Source: Dudresnaya verticillata
Lineage: Eukaryota
Assembly: GCA_977862235.1 (NCBI GenBank)
Contig: OZ374561.1
Span: forward strand, 2,294,001 to 2,358,000
DNA length: 64,000 nt
Direction of reading: 5' to 3'
A program made the translations under genes and the position numbers. The number at the start of each line of letters is the position of its first letter. The stretch's first letter is position 1. The notes beneath the pieces were generated by a model. The model was not told the origin of the DNA. It did no database searches and saw only the letters and a list, made by a program, of their open reading frames with translations. Of the stretch, positions 38,756 to 50,230 are shown piece by piece.

Positions 38756-39571
38756 TGCTACCGGCGAGAAATATCACTGCCGTCGGAGAGTACGGGATCC
38801 AGGAGATCCAAAATGCGTTCGGGCACTCCGAACGCGATCCGGTAGAATACACGGAGCCCAACGAAGGCAGGGGCACATGCGCGGCGGAGGAAACCGGGTT
38901 AGGGAGCACGGGAGATGTGTTTGGGAGAAGGTGGGGGGTACCGGCCGGACTGTGCCCGGGGATACCTAGCTGTGAAAGAAAAAGATGGCAGTCGCGCCAT
39001 TACGATGCGTAAACGTTTGCTTTTCGGCGAGATGTCGGCTGAATTGGCGGGAGAACCACGGATGAAAAGACACGCTATCAGTTACATGACCTCCATGGAA
39101 GGGCCTTTCTAACGCAACGTGGACATATGTGCATATGCACGTGCGACCATATCCACAACTCGGGAGACTAATTTTAATCTCAACTCTCGAGAGTACGGTA
39201 AGGATGCTTAACGTTTCAGCTCTTCCAATCAAAAATTCGAGATCAAGACATGTATGTCTCGGCTGGTGCCACTTGTCGAAATATTGTCTGAGAAAATAGC
39301 CTTCTGCTACATGACTTGGAAACTGGGCCAGAGACACAGCAATGCATCATATATCGAGAGTCTGAGGCATTTGCGGGAGATGTCGTAGCCGTTACATATG
39401 CCCCCATGGCGCTTTCTACAATTTCTAGAACTTGATCATGAATGATGGCGCGGCTGCGCGCATCCTACGATATATTGTATACCAGGCTAGTCCTACAGCT
39501 ATCAGAACGTGGATATCCCGTCGTCCCCACTTCAACAAAGTCCCCATTGAAACTACTACAACAGGACACAT

Positions 39572-42500
39572 ATGTCTAGCGCTACCGGTTGGTCCTCAGA
39601 GGATATCCATCGCATACCATCCACACTTCTACAGGAACAGAATTGGTCTAGTACTCCGCTCCACGATAGCTCCATTCATCATTCAGTGAAACACACAGAA
39701 ACTACGTCAATTGATGAAAGTACTGTACGTGCTATTCAAAACGTTTTGCTCTTGGAGAGCGCTCATGCCGGCGACCCGAGTGAACAATATTTCCAGGGAA
39801 TTGCCCTGCCGCACACGTCAGAACTCACCTACGGCGTAGTGATTCAGCAACGGCCAGGAACGAAGCATGGTCACGGTCGACGTCCCTTCGCGGGCGATCC
39901 AAAGGAGCGAAGGAAACGAATACCAAGGCTTTTGTCAACATTGATATACAGAACAGTGGTAGATCTCTTCGGGGGAAGCATCAATTCAGTACTGAATGAG
40001 ATGTCTGGCATTATTACAGATGTATTGAACCAAGAACAAGACCGGATCTCCCCTACTTGGAGACAGGATATGTCTCAATGTCTCACGGAGGAGAAGTCTC
40101 TTAAACAGAATGAGAGGAATTGGTTTCATGTACTCAGCCGGTGCCCACTTCTATGCATCTCCACACGGCTACCTTACTCACAAGTAGGAATAGCCGGAAC
40201 GAGATCCATGGATCGACACGTCGTCAGCACTTGGCTTGGGGTAGACCATGTCTTTTACTGCAGCTGTGTCGGTATCACTGAGTTTCGCATCAATGGCGCA
40301 AAACCCCAAAGTGAAGACAACTCTTGCATTCACGTGCAGGGTTTCCGACTGGCCTTAGCAAAACTCGCAAAATGCTGCGGTCTTTCCCTTGACAAGTCTG
40401 CACAAATTCTCGCTGAGCTGTATTCACGAACTTGTCAGAACGACATCGAGACATATATGTCTGGGTGTCCAGATATACAAGATATGTTTGACAAGAGGGC
40501 GCGTCTCGTCTCAATGAAAGTTCAATTCCCCTCCGATGAATTTCTTCACTTTATCCCGGTGCGAGCTCTCAAGAAAACGTTACATGTCTGTGCATTCTGT
40601 GACACTACGTTTTGTGGCGGCTGCATGCACACACGTGTTGTTCAGACACTCCGGAAAGAAGAAATGTGCCCGGAAGATGACGAAGAGAATCCCATTACTC
40701 CATCACCAACTGTCCACACCACGGACCTCCCACCGTCAATCTCCAAGCTTCCAGTTTCCCCCGTTAATTGCAAGAGATCCATAGCAGTAGACCTTTCGAT
40801 TGGGTTGCTTGCAAGACAAGGGAACCCATTCCTATCTCTTGCCCCCAGAAATTGTCAACGCTGCCAATCATCAAGGAAAGAGAATTCTCGAAAATTATGG
40901 ACTGACGGAGTGCTCATGAGCACAATCGGTCCTTGTGCACTACATGTCGAAGAGTTTCAATGCTCTCGTGAGAACTGCTATGCAGTGATAGTGGCTGACG
41001 GTCGGGAACACTGTATTCTCCTAGAGTCCGTTACCTCTGCTGCCACACACGCTCTGTTACGCCGAGAAATCACTGGGGTTGTGGTTGGAAATGGAACGAT
41101 CAGTAGCCGCCTCAAGCACTATCACTCTCAGGCCACGGGTGTCATCACCTGCGGTTTCCTGCCTTCCACCGTACCTTGCCGCTCAACGCAAAAACTACAA
41201 GACCTATGCTCTTGGATGATCAGGTTGATGACTTTGCGTCCTGATCCATGTCTCTTTGAGTGCGAGACATGCACATCAGACACAGACGATATCCCCGCGC
41301 TTTGCATCGACGGCATTCAGTTGGGATATGTAAAAAGCAAGCAAGTACCGCTGAAGAATATTCATCAAGCCTGGGAGCCAATACCGCTATCGAATTCATC
41401 TAGGAACGGAACAACTCATCACCCACTAACCGGATTCTTCAGACGTGACGGTACATTTAAGACAATTCTCTCAGGAATCAAGGGGTCCACTGTGGACTGT
41501 ACATCCAAAACCGTTAAGGATGTCACGATGTGCATTCGGTTATTGTCAGAGATGGATTTCTTGGGCACTTTCCTCATGGAATCGATATGCGGTGCAACCC
41601 CTAACGAATACAGTAACGACATCGGGGAGAGTAGCTATATCCGCTCTATACGCAAATTGACGTTGTCCATATTTGACAAGGATGTCATCATGTGCAGGAT
41701 TTTTAAAACCTCTTCACGGATTCGTATCACAAACCTCCGTGGATTATATGAGAAGAAATGGAGCTAATCTATCTGGAAACATACCATCTCTGACTCTATG
41801 CCTGCAGCGGGAGCTTGCCTACCTGGAACGTCTACAACGCTCTGTTAGAAAAACAGGTGTAGCATGGGGTAAATTGGGTAGATAATTCTTCAGAGTGGAA
41901 CAAGGATGTCTGTCACGATCTCTTGAAAATGTACTCCATGTTTATTCAAGGACCCCTCTGTCATTTCATGCGAAGAACAGACATTATGTCTTTGGAAGCT
42001 CTAGGACATATATGTCTCCGCGGTGAACATTCCTCACTGCGCGATGCAATTGGAAATCCTGGCACCTTGCGTGCAGGAGAGGACGAAACAAGTATTCTAC
42101 AAACGTCCAGACTCATTCAAGCGGCCCTCCTCACTGTCTGCGAGATTGAGGCTCTGAAAAATGCCTTGGCCGGAAAGACTATGCGTACAGCCTTGGGTTC
42201 CGTCTTTATTTCCAGTGCTAGATGCGTCACCAGATTTTACATGTACTACCATGACCCCGTGTGTTCTAGTTCCGCGGTGTTATATGCAGAAATGTGGAAG
42301 TCCCAAGACAGAAATATCTTGCTCTCGAAAATGTCAGAGAGGTTCCCCCGTCAAACGGACTCGGCTGCAACTGACCTGGAATTGGCTTTGAAAACAGGGC
42401 AGTACTTTCCAGGACGAATGCAAGTGCGACCACTTCCCTTCAACAAGGATGAGATCACATCTCCTAGGGCAGAATCTGTTGGTCCATGTGCAAAAGACTA

Positions 42501-43074
42501 CTTACAACAGCAACAAAGCTATACCCCAGGAGCAATGACAATATCATGCGCTTGCACCAGCCCAATTACATTTGGTTCTAAGATTCTATACAGAAACGAA
42601 GGTCCAAAGATTGTTCCGGATATGCTCATGTCAAGATTTGCTAAGATCCCGAGATTCGTCATATATGACTTTGCCTGCGGCTTGTACAGCAGTGCTGTCA
42701 ATTCCCTCTGGTGGGCCCTCGAAGAAACTAGAATCCTTAGCGACAAGTTTCATGTCGGTAATCACAAGGCCTGCTCACCGTCTTTTAACCCGAATCACTA
42801 CACAGAACTGGATTCCAAGAACACTGTTTGTCACGAGCAGAGAAACAGTTCCATCCAGCAAATCTCGCCTTCTCTCCGGAACTGTGGTCACGTCCTCTAT
42901 ACTTCCTTACTAGCGTATCACACAATTGTTGCTAACATCAAAGCAAAAGCACGAGCATCCCAGAGATATGCTGAACGAGAAGCTCTTATGTCCGAACATG
43001 ATTTAGAATGGGCGTACTTCCACTGCTTGGACATCACCTGCCTCTGTTGCGCTCCCGTAGATAATGACAAGTAA
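39572..43074 (+). pseudogene. KDZ-superfamily transposase with SWIM-like finger and CxC cysteine clusters (two frames: 39572-41767, 41923-43074)
   Basis: YCSC...SCIH; CQRC...FQC...C..ADG CxC-like domain; FECETC..ALCIDGIQLG; PRFVIYDFACGL; SDKFHVGNHKAC; NTVCHEQRN; break may be a frameshift or an intron. Confidence 0.8.
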
Positions 43075-43374
43075 TTACTTGACCCCTAAACGTTAAAGTT
43101 GGTATGACTATGCCATAGAACTGAAATTAATAATAAGCTCATTAGTATTCAGGTGTTAATCCATTGCAATTGATCAATCAACCGGATGAAATTGCACCAA
43201 GCATATTCCTACTGACATAGCTAGAGTTCTGTTGAGCAGGGCTTATGCCACAAATAATTATTTTTAGCAGAACGTCGTAGGACGTTCTGCACGGAGCAGG
43301 ACATATATGTCCTGAGCACAAGTATATACATTGAATAGGACATATATGTCTACAAGTCGTACTTGCCCACTATG

Positions 43375-43560
43375 TATTTCACACGCATATACACGTACAC
43401 ACACACATATACATATATATATGGTATATATGTTTGTGTATGTGCATATGTGCAGATATATATCTGATATGTATAAGATATATATCTGCACATTCTCCAC
43501 ATACATGCGCATATGTGCGATTGCACCAAACATATTCATTCTGACATATGTAAAGCTCAG
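43375..43560. repeat. TA/CA-rich low-complexity, partly self-complementary tract
   Basis: ACACACATATACATATATATATGGTATATATGTTTGTGT etc. Confidence 0.8.
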
Positions 43561-43806
43561 GTGAGCATTCTGACATAGTATGTCAGAATGCCGGACGTTC
43601 ATGAACGTACTGCAGCACGGGCCTAGGGCCCCAGGGTTACTAGTAATGAAGCTTCACTTTGTGTACCGGAGTTTATACCGGAGCAGGACATATATGTCTT
43701 GATCAGAAGTATATTAACATGGTTCGAACAAAGCAGATCTGCTCAGGCTCGCCCAAGGACCAAACGTTGGCATTCGTTTATTGAAAGTAGTAAAGCAGTG
43801 TGCATT

Positions 43807-46612
43807 CTACCTACTACGGCCGTTGAGAAGAAGATTTGCATCCAATGCATCTGTACTACCGACGACAGGGGCCCTTCCTATAAAAGAAGGGCTTTCAGTA
43901 CCTGTCAAAGCCGGCGGAACCTGAGATACTCCCTCGCGCTCTGGCAGAGTGGGTGGAGAACGTGATGACTTCAGGGGTAGTCTAGTATTCTCAGATGAAG
44001 CGGGTTCTACAATGTCCATATGGTTTCCGTTCCACAAAAATGCCGCGCTTCCCTCCAAGTCCGACATGAACTTGGGGAACTGAAGGAAATGTCTCTCCCT
44101 TAGTCTCTGTGTGTATTCCCCAGCACTATACCAGTCTCGAAACGGATATAGAATAATATTAGCATCCAGCTTTTCTCCATTCCTCATTGTGGTTCCGTCG
44201 TTCTCTTCACAAGTTCTGGCTTTGAAATCACAAAGCTCAACAATATAATGTATGTTAACATTGCTGTCGTGTACTCCTCGATCTGGAACAAGAGCTTTTG
44301 TCATGTTAACACGCTGTCGGACGAGAATTGCGGTGCCAAGACCATCGGGTAACTCGTAGTCAATATTGACCCGTCCGATGGCGTCCTTCTTCCAGATAAG
44401 CGGTAGTTTCAGAAGTTGAGTTCGATCCAGGCCCGAAAACTTCGTACCTTCAAAAGCTTTAGTTCCCGTACTGTATGAAGACGCACGACTATACAGTCCT
44501 CGGGAACGCGTTCTCCTAGTACGTAGGAAGTGAAAGGGTCAACACTTCCATGACCAACGATGCTGTCCTTGTCATGTGTGCTTCCCAAATATATTTCACA
44601 GAAGGCCTGTGGCTTCTCTCGACAGCGCGGCAGGCACGCCTTTATCCCCCCGCAACTATCGGAGAGGAATGATTTTCTAGCATGTTCGTTCAATATTCGG
44701 CACAAATCAGCATAGTGCGCTTCATTAGAAAGCATGAGGGCCAGCACCGCGATGCATTCTTTCTTTCTATTCTTGCTTGCTTTCTTAATGTGAAGAGAAA
44801 CTTTGAAGTGACCTGTCACTTTGTATGCTTGTCCACGATGTCTTGAAAGATTTATAGCCGGAATGGCGACTACCTTACCTCGCAGTTGGTCTGGTATAAG
44901 TGTCTTGTACCGCATCCCTCCAGTTGTCCTTCCGTCCTGTCTTCTATGCGCTCTTTGCCGGGTGTAAAAAGCGCTTAGAACTTTGCTTGCAACGTGCGCG
45001 TTTACACAATCCAACGTTTTCGGTCTCGTTGATGAACTGTGCTTCGTCTCATAACTTGCGTCAAGAAGATACGAAATACATGAAGCGGTAGCCTCAGCAG
45101 AGAGAGTCATAACCCCTGAATTACCCAAGGGGCCATATTCTGCTGTTCGAACAAGGCATCCTCTTCTCGGAGTATTGTTCCTTGGTAAGACATGTATGTC
45201 TCTGACTCTCTCCTGGATCACTCCATTGTCTCTACCATCTCGAGCAGCTGATGCCGAGACAGTTCTGTCTTGGGCAGTCGGCGTGGGTGCCGAGACAGTT
45301 CCGTCTTGAGCAGACGGTGGCGGCACAATTTCTTCCTCATTGCCTCCGGTACCCCTTGAAGGTTCTATTAGGTGCTCCTGGGAACGCCCAAGTCCTGTGC
45401 GTGACCCGCTGGCCCCGAGAACAGGACCAGGACCAACCGAAATATCGGCCTCAGTGACGGGATGTGTAGACGGTAGCTCAGGTCCCTGTCGTACAAACGT
45501 CGTGCTGAAGACGGAGAACACCTCCGGGCCGTTCGGGAGCCCAGTGGGTAGCCGCTAATAGCGAACTTGGTAGAGCAGGTTGAACACGCCTCGGGCGGAC
45601 TGTAAACACCCAGGGCGAGCGGACAAAGGGGCAAAAAAACCCAAAAGGAAACACGTTAGCAACGGTTAGGAACGTGGAAACACGGATAGGTAGACGCTTA
45701 TGCTTCCGGGCAGCGGTAGGGTGCGCGCTGTCGCGGAAGGGAAGTCTAGACCCAAACTGGCTTGTCGGGGCTCTACTGTTACGTCCTGGACGAGGTACCT
45801 AAGTAATACTATGGAGCCGCGGCGCGGCGGCTGCATGACGTAGTGCGCGGGAACCCGGGAAGCGTGTCGCGTGGAGGTGCGTCTGACACGTCCCGGGACA
45901 ATGCAGCCGCTGTGCACCGGCACGTGCGTCTTACAGAGGCGCGCTCGCACGGTGCTGTAGGCGATCCGGATTCGGATCGAGATTGGCACCGTATTGCAGG
46001 CTCGTTTCCCTTACAGCGGATCCCGATGTCCGATCTGGATGTCGGATCCGGATTCGATCGGGATCCGGGCCAATCTGACAGTCAACTCCCTTACACCTCG
46101 TTAATCCCGATGCATCATCCAGATCGGCCCTTCAGCGTTGCGCCGTACAGTGCATCGGGCGTGCGCGACGCTGGGTTGTGGCACCCGCGCTCCCGTAGAC
46201 CAATCATCGATGACGTGTTCGCGCCAACAGCGAATGAGCCGTTCCAGGTGACCGTCCGTCGGTCGACGAGGTTCTCGGCGCCCATGGCGAGGAAATAAAA
46301 GCTCGGTCCCCAGTGCGCCACAGTCCCCAATGGCTAAAAAGGGAAGTACTTTTCCCGTTGTCCTTGTCACAATCTGTTCGCGCATAAAGTGCAAGAGAGA
46401 CGGCCAAGGTTTGAATCCTTCTGCACGTGGCGCTCGAGGACAGCTGCCAGATGCACTAGGGAGTTCAGTGAGGCAGCAACGAAATCACAGTCTGCATCGT
46501 CAACTTGTGCAAGACTGGTGGCGCATTCCGATATTCCTTCAAACGAGCCCATTTGTGCAACACCAGTTACTATTAATTCCAATGCTGATGAAGGGGACGG
46601 CGGGCAAGGCAA
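43807..46612 (-). pseudogene. Orphan gene interrupted by a solo LTR and frameshifts
   Basis: Removing LTR 45487-46322 and one TSD joins ...KSTSLFSHW|GPELPSTHP; 44409-45521 continues after a frameshift into 43807-44304; 5' end uncertain. Confidence 0.6.
45487..46322 (-). repeat. Solo LTR, divergent relative of the Gypsy A LTR
   Basis: TG...CA ends, TSD GTCCC at 45482-45486 and 46323-46327, reverse-strand similarity to 8524-9425 (TTTACAGTCCGCCC, CTGCTCTACCA). Confidence 0.92.
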
Positions 46613-46993
46613 AGCTGATTAAGGGGACCGTGGGCAAGGCCAAACGAGGGCACGTCTAATAACTGAAGAAGACGGCGATAAATGGAAAGGGAAGCACAAT
46701 TGGATATAATGGCAAGTGCGACATAGGTATACAATTAAAAAACGGAGTAAATTGCAAGTACAATACCACAAGATATTAATAGAATCTGAGTATTATTCAA
46801 GGGTATCAAGTAGCATCTGGAAGCAGATGTTCGTGGCTTTGGACGGTTACGAAGGCTAGATGGGTATTGTTACTGTTAACGGTATCCCAATTATTTTTTG
46901 TCAACGGTAAGCACTCCTTGCACTCCTTTGTTACCGTTAAAAGCATTGATGAGAGAGATTTTGATATTTTCTAAGGCACTGGAGTGACCAGCA

Positions 46994-49786
46994 GTGTTAT
47001 CAGGGAGTTATGATACAAATGGCTCTGATTGGCGGGTTGGGGGAACCCATATCGCCATGATATACCTCCGCCCCCATCTACAGAAGAGCACCTTCTTTGA
47101 TTGTCTGGACCGCGTACAGTCCTCCACTCGCGGTAAGACAGTTATCATGGGCGACTTCAATGCCCGTCACACACGTTGGGACACTACTTCGAACCAACAT
47201 GGTAAATGGTTGGTTGAATGGACGACCGCGCATCGTTGGTGCGTCCACGCCCCGCCCTCACCAACGTTTGCAGCTCATCAAGGCACCAGTACTGTTGACC
47301 TCTTCCTTACTAAGGGTGTTGACATCCCGGATGCCAAAATTCATTCCGGTCTGTGGGATGGCGCCAGTGATCATTCTGCAGTTCGAGCAAACATTGTGGA
47401 CACCCCCGTTTACAAACTTGGCATACCCCGCATACCCCAAAGTCAACGTCGCCAGCCGACCTTTCTTCGTCAGGCAGCCGATCTCTATCGTCAAGAGATT
47501 CCGAACACTGCCAGTGAAATCACGTCGTGCACAACATCGCAAGAATTGGAGGACGCGTATTCGCGGCTGAAAGCCATGACTTTGCAACCTTGGGAGTCTG
47601 CCCGCAAACATCGTCCCCGTCGTTACAAGTACTTTTGGGACGGGCACCTCGATCATCTGAAGAAATTGCGGTCGAAGAAGTACAAACAAGCCACTCAACT
47701 CATGACGTCGGAGGCTTGGGAACAGTACAAGACCCTCAATCGACGGGTTCGCGCACTTGTGCATCGCAATAAACGGCGATGCAAGTTGCGTTTGACAGAA
47801 GCTCTCCTGTCCTCCGACCCTACTGATGGTCCCAAAATGGTTAAGGCCGTGCTCCGAAACGCATCCGGCCCACTTGGTTCTCGGAGAGACCAACCAATTG
47901 GGAAGTTGGACCTGGCCAACTTTACAAAACACCTCGCGACAGGGGCTGGAAAAGGACATATTCCGCCCATTGTGCCCTTCGAAACTTCCCGAAACTTCGA
48001 ATCTCACGTTTTCCGTGCTATAGTCAAGGCCAAACCGAAGAAGGCCACAGGCACGGATGAAGTCTTCAGCGAAGCATTCAAGGTCGCCCCAAAGTCCTTT
48101 GCGCATGTCTTGGGACTCTTTTGGGTGAAATGCAGTCAGCTCGGGTACCTATTGCAAGATTGGCAAACATCCCTGCTGGTGCCAATTTACAAACGGGGTC
48201 CCAAATCGGACCCAACCAGCTATCGACCGATTGCGCTAGTGTCGCACGGACGACAAATGCTTTCAAAGGCAATCGCGTCTATGATTCGTAAGGAGTACCA
48301 GTTTCATCCGACTCAGTTGGGGTTCCGTGAGAAAACTGGTACCGAAACCGCCATCTTAAGGCATGCAGCCAGCACAAAAGCTGGATTCCGGTACACGGCC
48401 GTGCTCGACTTGAAGTCGGCATACGATACAGTACCCCGCGAGCGGTTGATGTCGAAAGTGAATCAGAAGATGTCACCTACCACGGCGGCAATGGTCGCTC
48501 TGGAGTTACAACCAGCAACAGTAGTTACCAAGGGCGATATCACCGGCACCACTGCAATTGTGTCACGGGGTGTGCCTCAAGGCGTGTCTTCGAGTCCGAC
48601 TTTGTACAATGTCAACATGGACTCGTATCCTGAGTTCATGGATTTGTCAATGTCGGCCTCCGAAAGTGCTGAAGAAATCGACATTACGATCTTTGCTGAC
48701 GACGTCAAGCTCCGATCCAAGACTAGTACCGGCCTCCAAACGGCCTTAGATGCGTCCACGAAATGGGCTGATCTTGAAGGTATGCAGTGGGGAACTTCAA
48801 AATGCCATGTTTTGGAGCCCGAAAACTGCACCAAACGAGCAATGTACTACCTGAATGGTCAGAAAATTGACGTGGTAGACACTGCAAAGTACCTGGGAGT
48901 GACTCTGAAAGGTACCAAACTGGCACCTGACAAGAATTTGGAACGAGTTAAGGCGGCTCATCAACGCCTAAACTTACTCAAGGCGGTCGGCGTACACCGC
49001 AAATATGTGCCTAGCGCACGACTTGTGGACATCTGCCGCACGTATATCTACCCAGTTGCGGACTTTAGCACCCATTTGATGCCGATCGACACGGCCGGCA
49101 AGTGCGATTTGAGTCATCAACTCGAGTTGCTGGACTACAAAGTGGCAGAATTTGCACTTGGGTGCATTGCCAAAGAGCCTATGTGGCCTCGCAGTGGCCG
49201 CATCCGCGGGCGCCTACCACGTCATTTGAAGATGGCCAAGCTGCCGGACTGGTTGCAGCGTATCCGTCTGCGCCTTCGCAGTCTTGGTAAACGCCTCACA
49301 AAACGAGCTCACCGCAACCGTGGCGACGTGCTCGCCATGACAGATATGTTAGAATTCCGAAGTTTCCGGGCGCAGAATAAGAGTCCTCTGGACATGAGGA
49401 ACCAGGATCTCCGTGATTCGTGGGAGGGCCTGTGTCGCCAACGTCGGCGGCGCATTCCAGTTCCCGACTCTGGATTCGTTCCGATTCTACACATTAGGGA
49501 TCGTAAGCTGCGAGATGCCGGGATTCGATGGTATTGTGGGTCATTTCCCGGAAAACCGGATGTCCTCAAGACTCGACTTGGTCCCGAGGTCTACAGGTTG
49601 CACAAAGCCCGAATTGAGTCTGGATTGAGTGTGAAGCGTTGGAATGCGGGCGTGCAAGCCCGACTCCTAGATAGTCTGAAGGCATTTCTGGATGTCTTAG
49701 ATGACCAAAACTCTGTTGGTCAGAAGCGCAAACGCGAGGATTTGAGTCCCGTGCACAGAACGACCAAGAAGCGCAAACCAAGTTAG
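46994..49786 (+). CDS. LINE ORF2: AP endonuclease (N-truncated) + reverse transcriptase; first ~13 codons are flank
   Basis: MGDFNARH, VDLFL, SDHSAV; YRPIAL, QLGFR, LDLKSAYD, GVPQG, FADDV; uninterrupted frame. Confidence 0.93.
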   Translation: MLSGSYDTNGSDWRVGGTHIAMIYLRPHLQKSTFFDCLDRVQSSTRGKTVIMGDFNARHTRWDTTSNQHGKWLVEWTTAHRWCVHAPPSPTFAAHQGTSTVDLFLTKGVDIPDAKIHSGLWDGASDHSAVRANIVDTPVYKLGIPRIPQSQRRQPTFLRQAADLYRQEIPNTASEITSCTTSQELEDAYSRLKAMTLQPWESARKHRPRRYKYFWDGHLDHLKKLRSKKYKQATQLMTSEAWEQYKTLNRRVRALVHRNKRRCKLRLTEALLSSDPTDGPKMVKAVLRNASGPLGSRRDQPIGKLDLANFTKHLATGAGKGHIPPIVPFETSRNFESHVFRAIVKAKPKKATGTDEVFSEAFKVAPKSFAHVLGLFWVKCSQLGYLLQDWQTSLLVPIYKRGPKSDPTSYRPIALVSHGRQMLSKAIASMIRKEYQFHPTQLGFREKTGTETAILRHAASTKAGFRYTAVLDLKSAYDTVPRERLMSKVNQKMSPTTAAMVALELQPATVVTKGDITGTTAIVSRGVPQGVSSSPTLYNVNMDSYPEFMDLSMSASESAEEIDITIFADDVKLRSKTSTGLQTALDASTKWADLEGMQWGTSKCHVLEPENCTKRAMYYLNGQKIDVVDTAKYLGVTLKGTKLAPDKNLERVKAAHQRLNLLKAVGVHRKYVPSARLVDICRTYIYPVADFSTHLMPIDTAGKCDLSHQLELLDYKVAEFALGCIAKEPMWPRSGRIRGRLPRHLKMAKLPDWLQRIRLRLRSLGKRLTKRAHRNRGDVLAMTDMLEFRSFRAQNKSPLDMRNQDLRDSWEGLCRQRRRRIPVPDSGFVPILHIRDRKLRDAGIRWYCGSFPGKPDVLKTRLGPEVYRLHKARIESGLSVKRWNAGVQARLLDSLKAFLDVLDDQNSVGQKRKREDLSPVHRTTKKRKPS

Positions 49787-49926
49787 CAAATCATCGCATT
49801 GGAAGCATGTAGTACCGAATATGTTTTAGAGTTTGCATGAAGGTTGAAGACGTACTCCCTTGCCACATAGTGTAGCGTAGCTACAACTTAGGACACTGAG
49901 GCGTCTCTAAATAAATCACACATTTC
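47034..49926 (+). mobile_element. 5'-truncated non-LTR retrotransposon (LINE)
   Basis: TSD GATTGGC at 47027-47033 and 49927-49933; AATAAA near the 3' end; APE-RT ORF. Confidence 0.92.
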
Positions 49927-50048
49927 GATTGGCTGAGAGGGGTTCCTAGCGGCCTTTTTTGGTCGCTAGTGGCCTGTTTTGGTCGCTAGCGCCAAAAAAG
50001 GCCGCTAGCAACCCCTCTCAGCCAATCAGAGCCATTCCTATCATACCT
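49927..50048. repeat. Long inverted repeat (hairpin/MITE-like); left arm continues at 47006-47033
   Basis: GATTGGCTGAGAGGGGTT.CTAGCGGCCTTTTTTGG pairs with CCAAAAAAGGCCGCTAG.AACCCCTCTCAGCCAATC. Confidence 0.9.
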
Positions 50049-50230
50049 ACAATTCGTGGCAAGGGGACATAACTGTCTGCACTTCCTGCACCTCCCTCGC
50101 CACCGAAAAGCTCATCAGCCCATCAGAATCATACTCGTGGGTTTTGGCATACCGATTTCGGTGCCACTTCGGTGATTTATTCGGCATATATTTACAGTAG
50201 GCAGAAAATACCGAAGTCACCACACAGAAA

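Larger units (their letters stand above)
27500..46660. mobile_element. Putative giant KDZ/Zisupton-like DNA transposon (degenerate; boundaries approximate)
   Basis: Cluster of KDZ transposase, Ulp1 protease, Pif1 helicase and orphan ORFs unified by a shared dispersed palindrome; TIR/TSD not identified. Confidence 0.65.
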
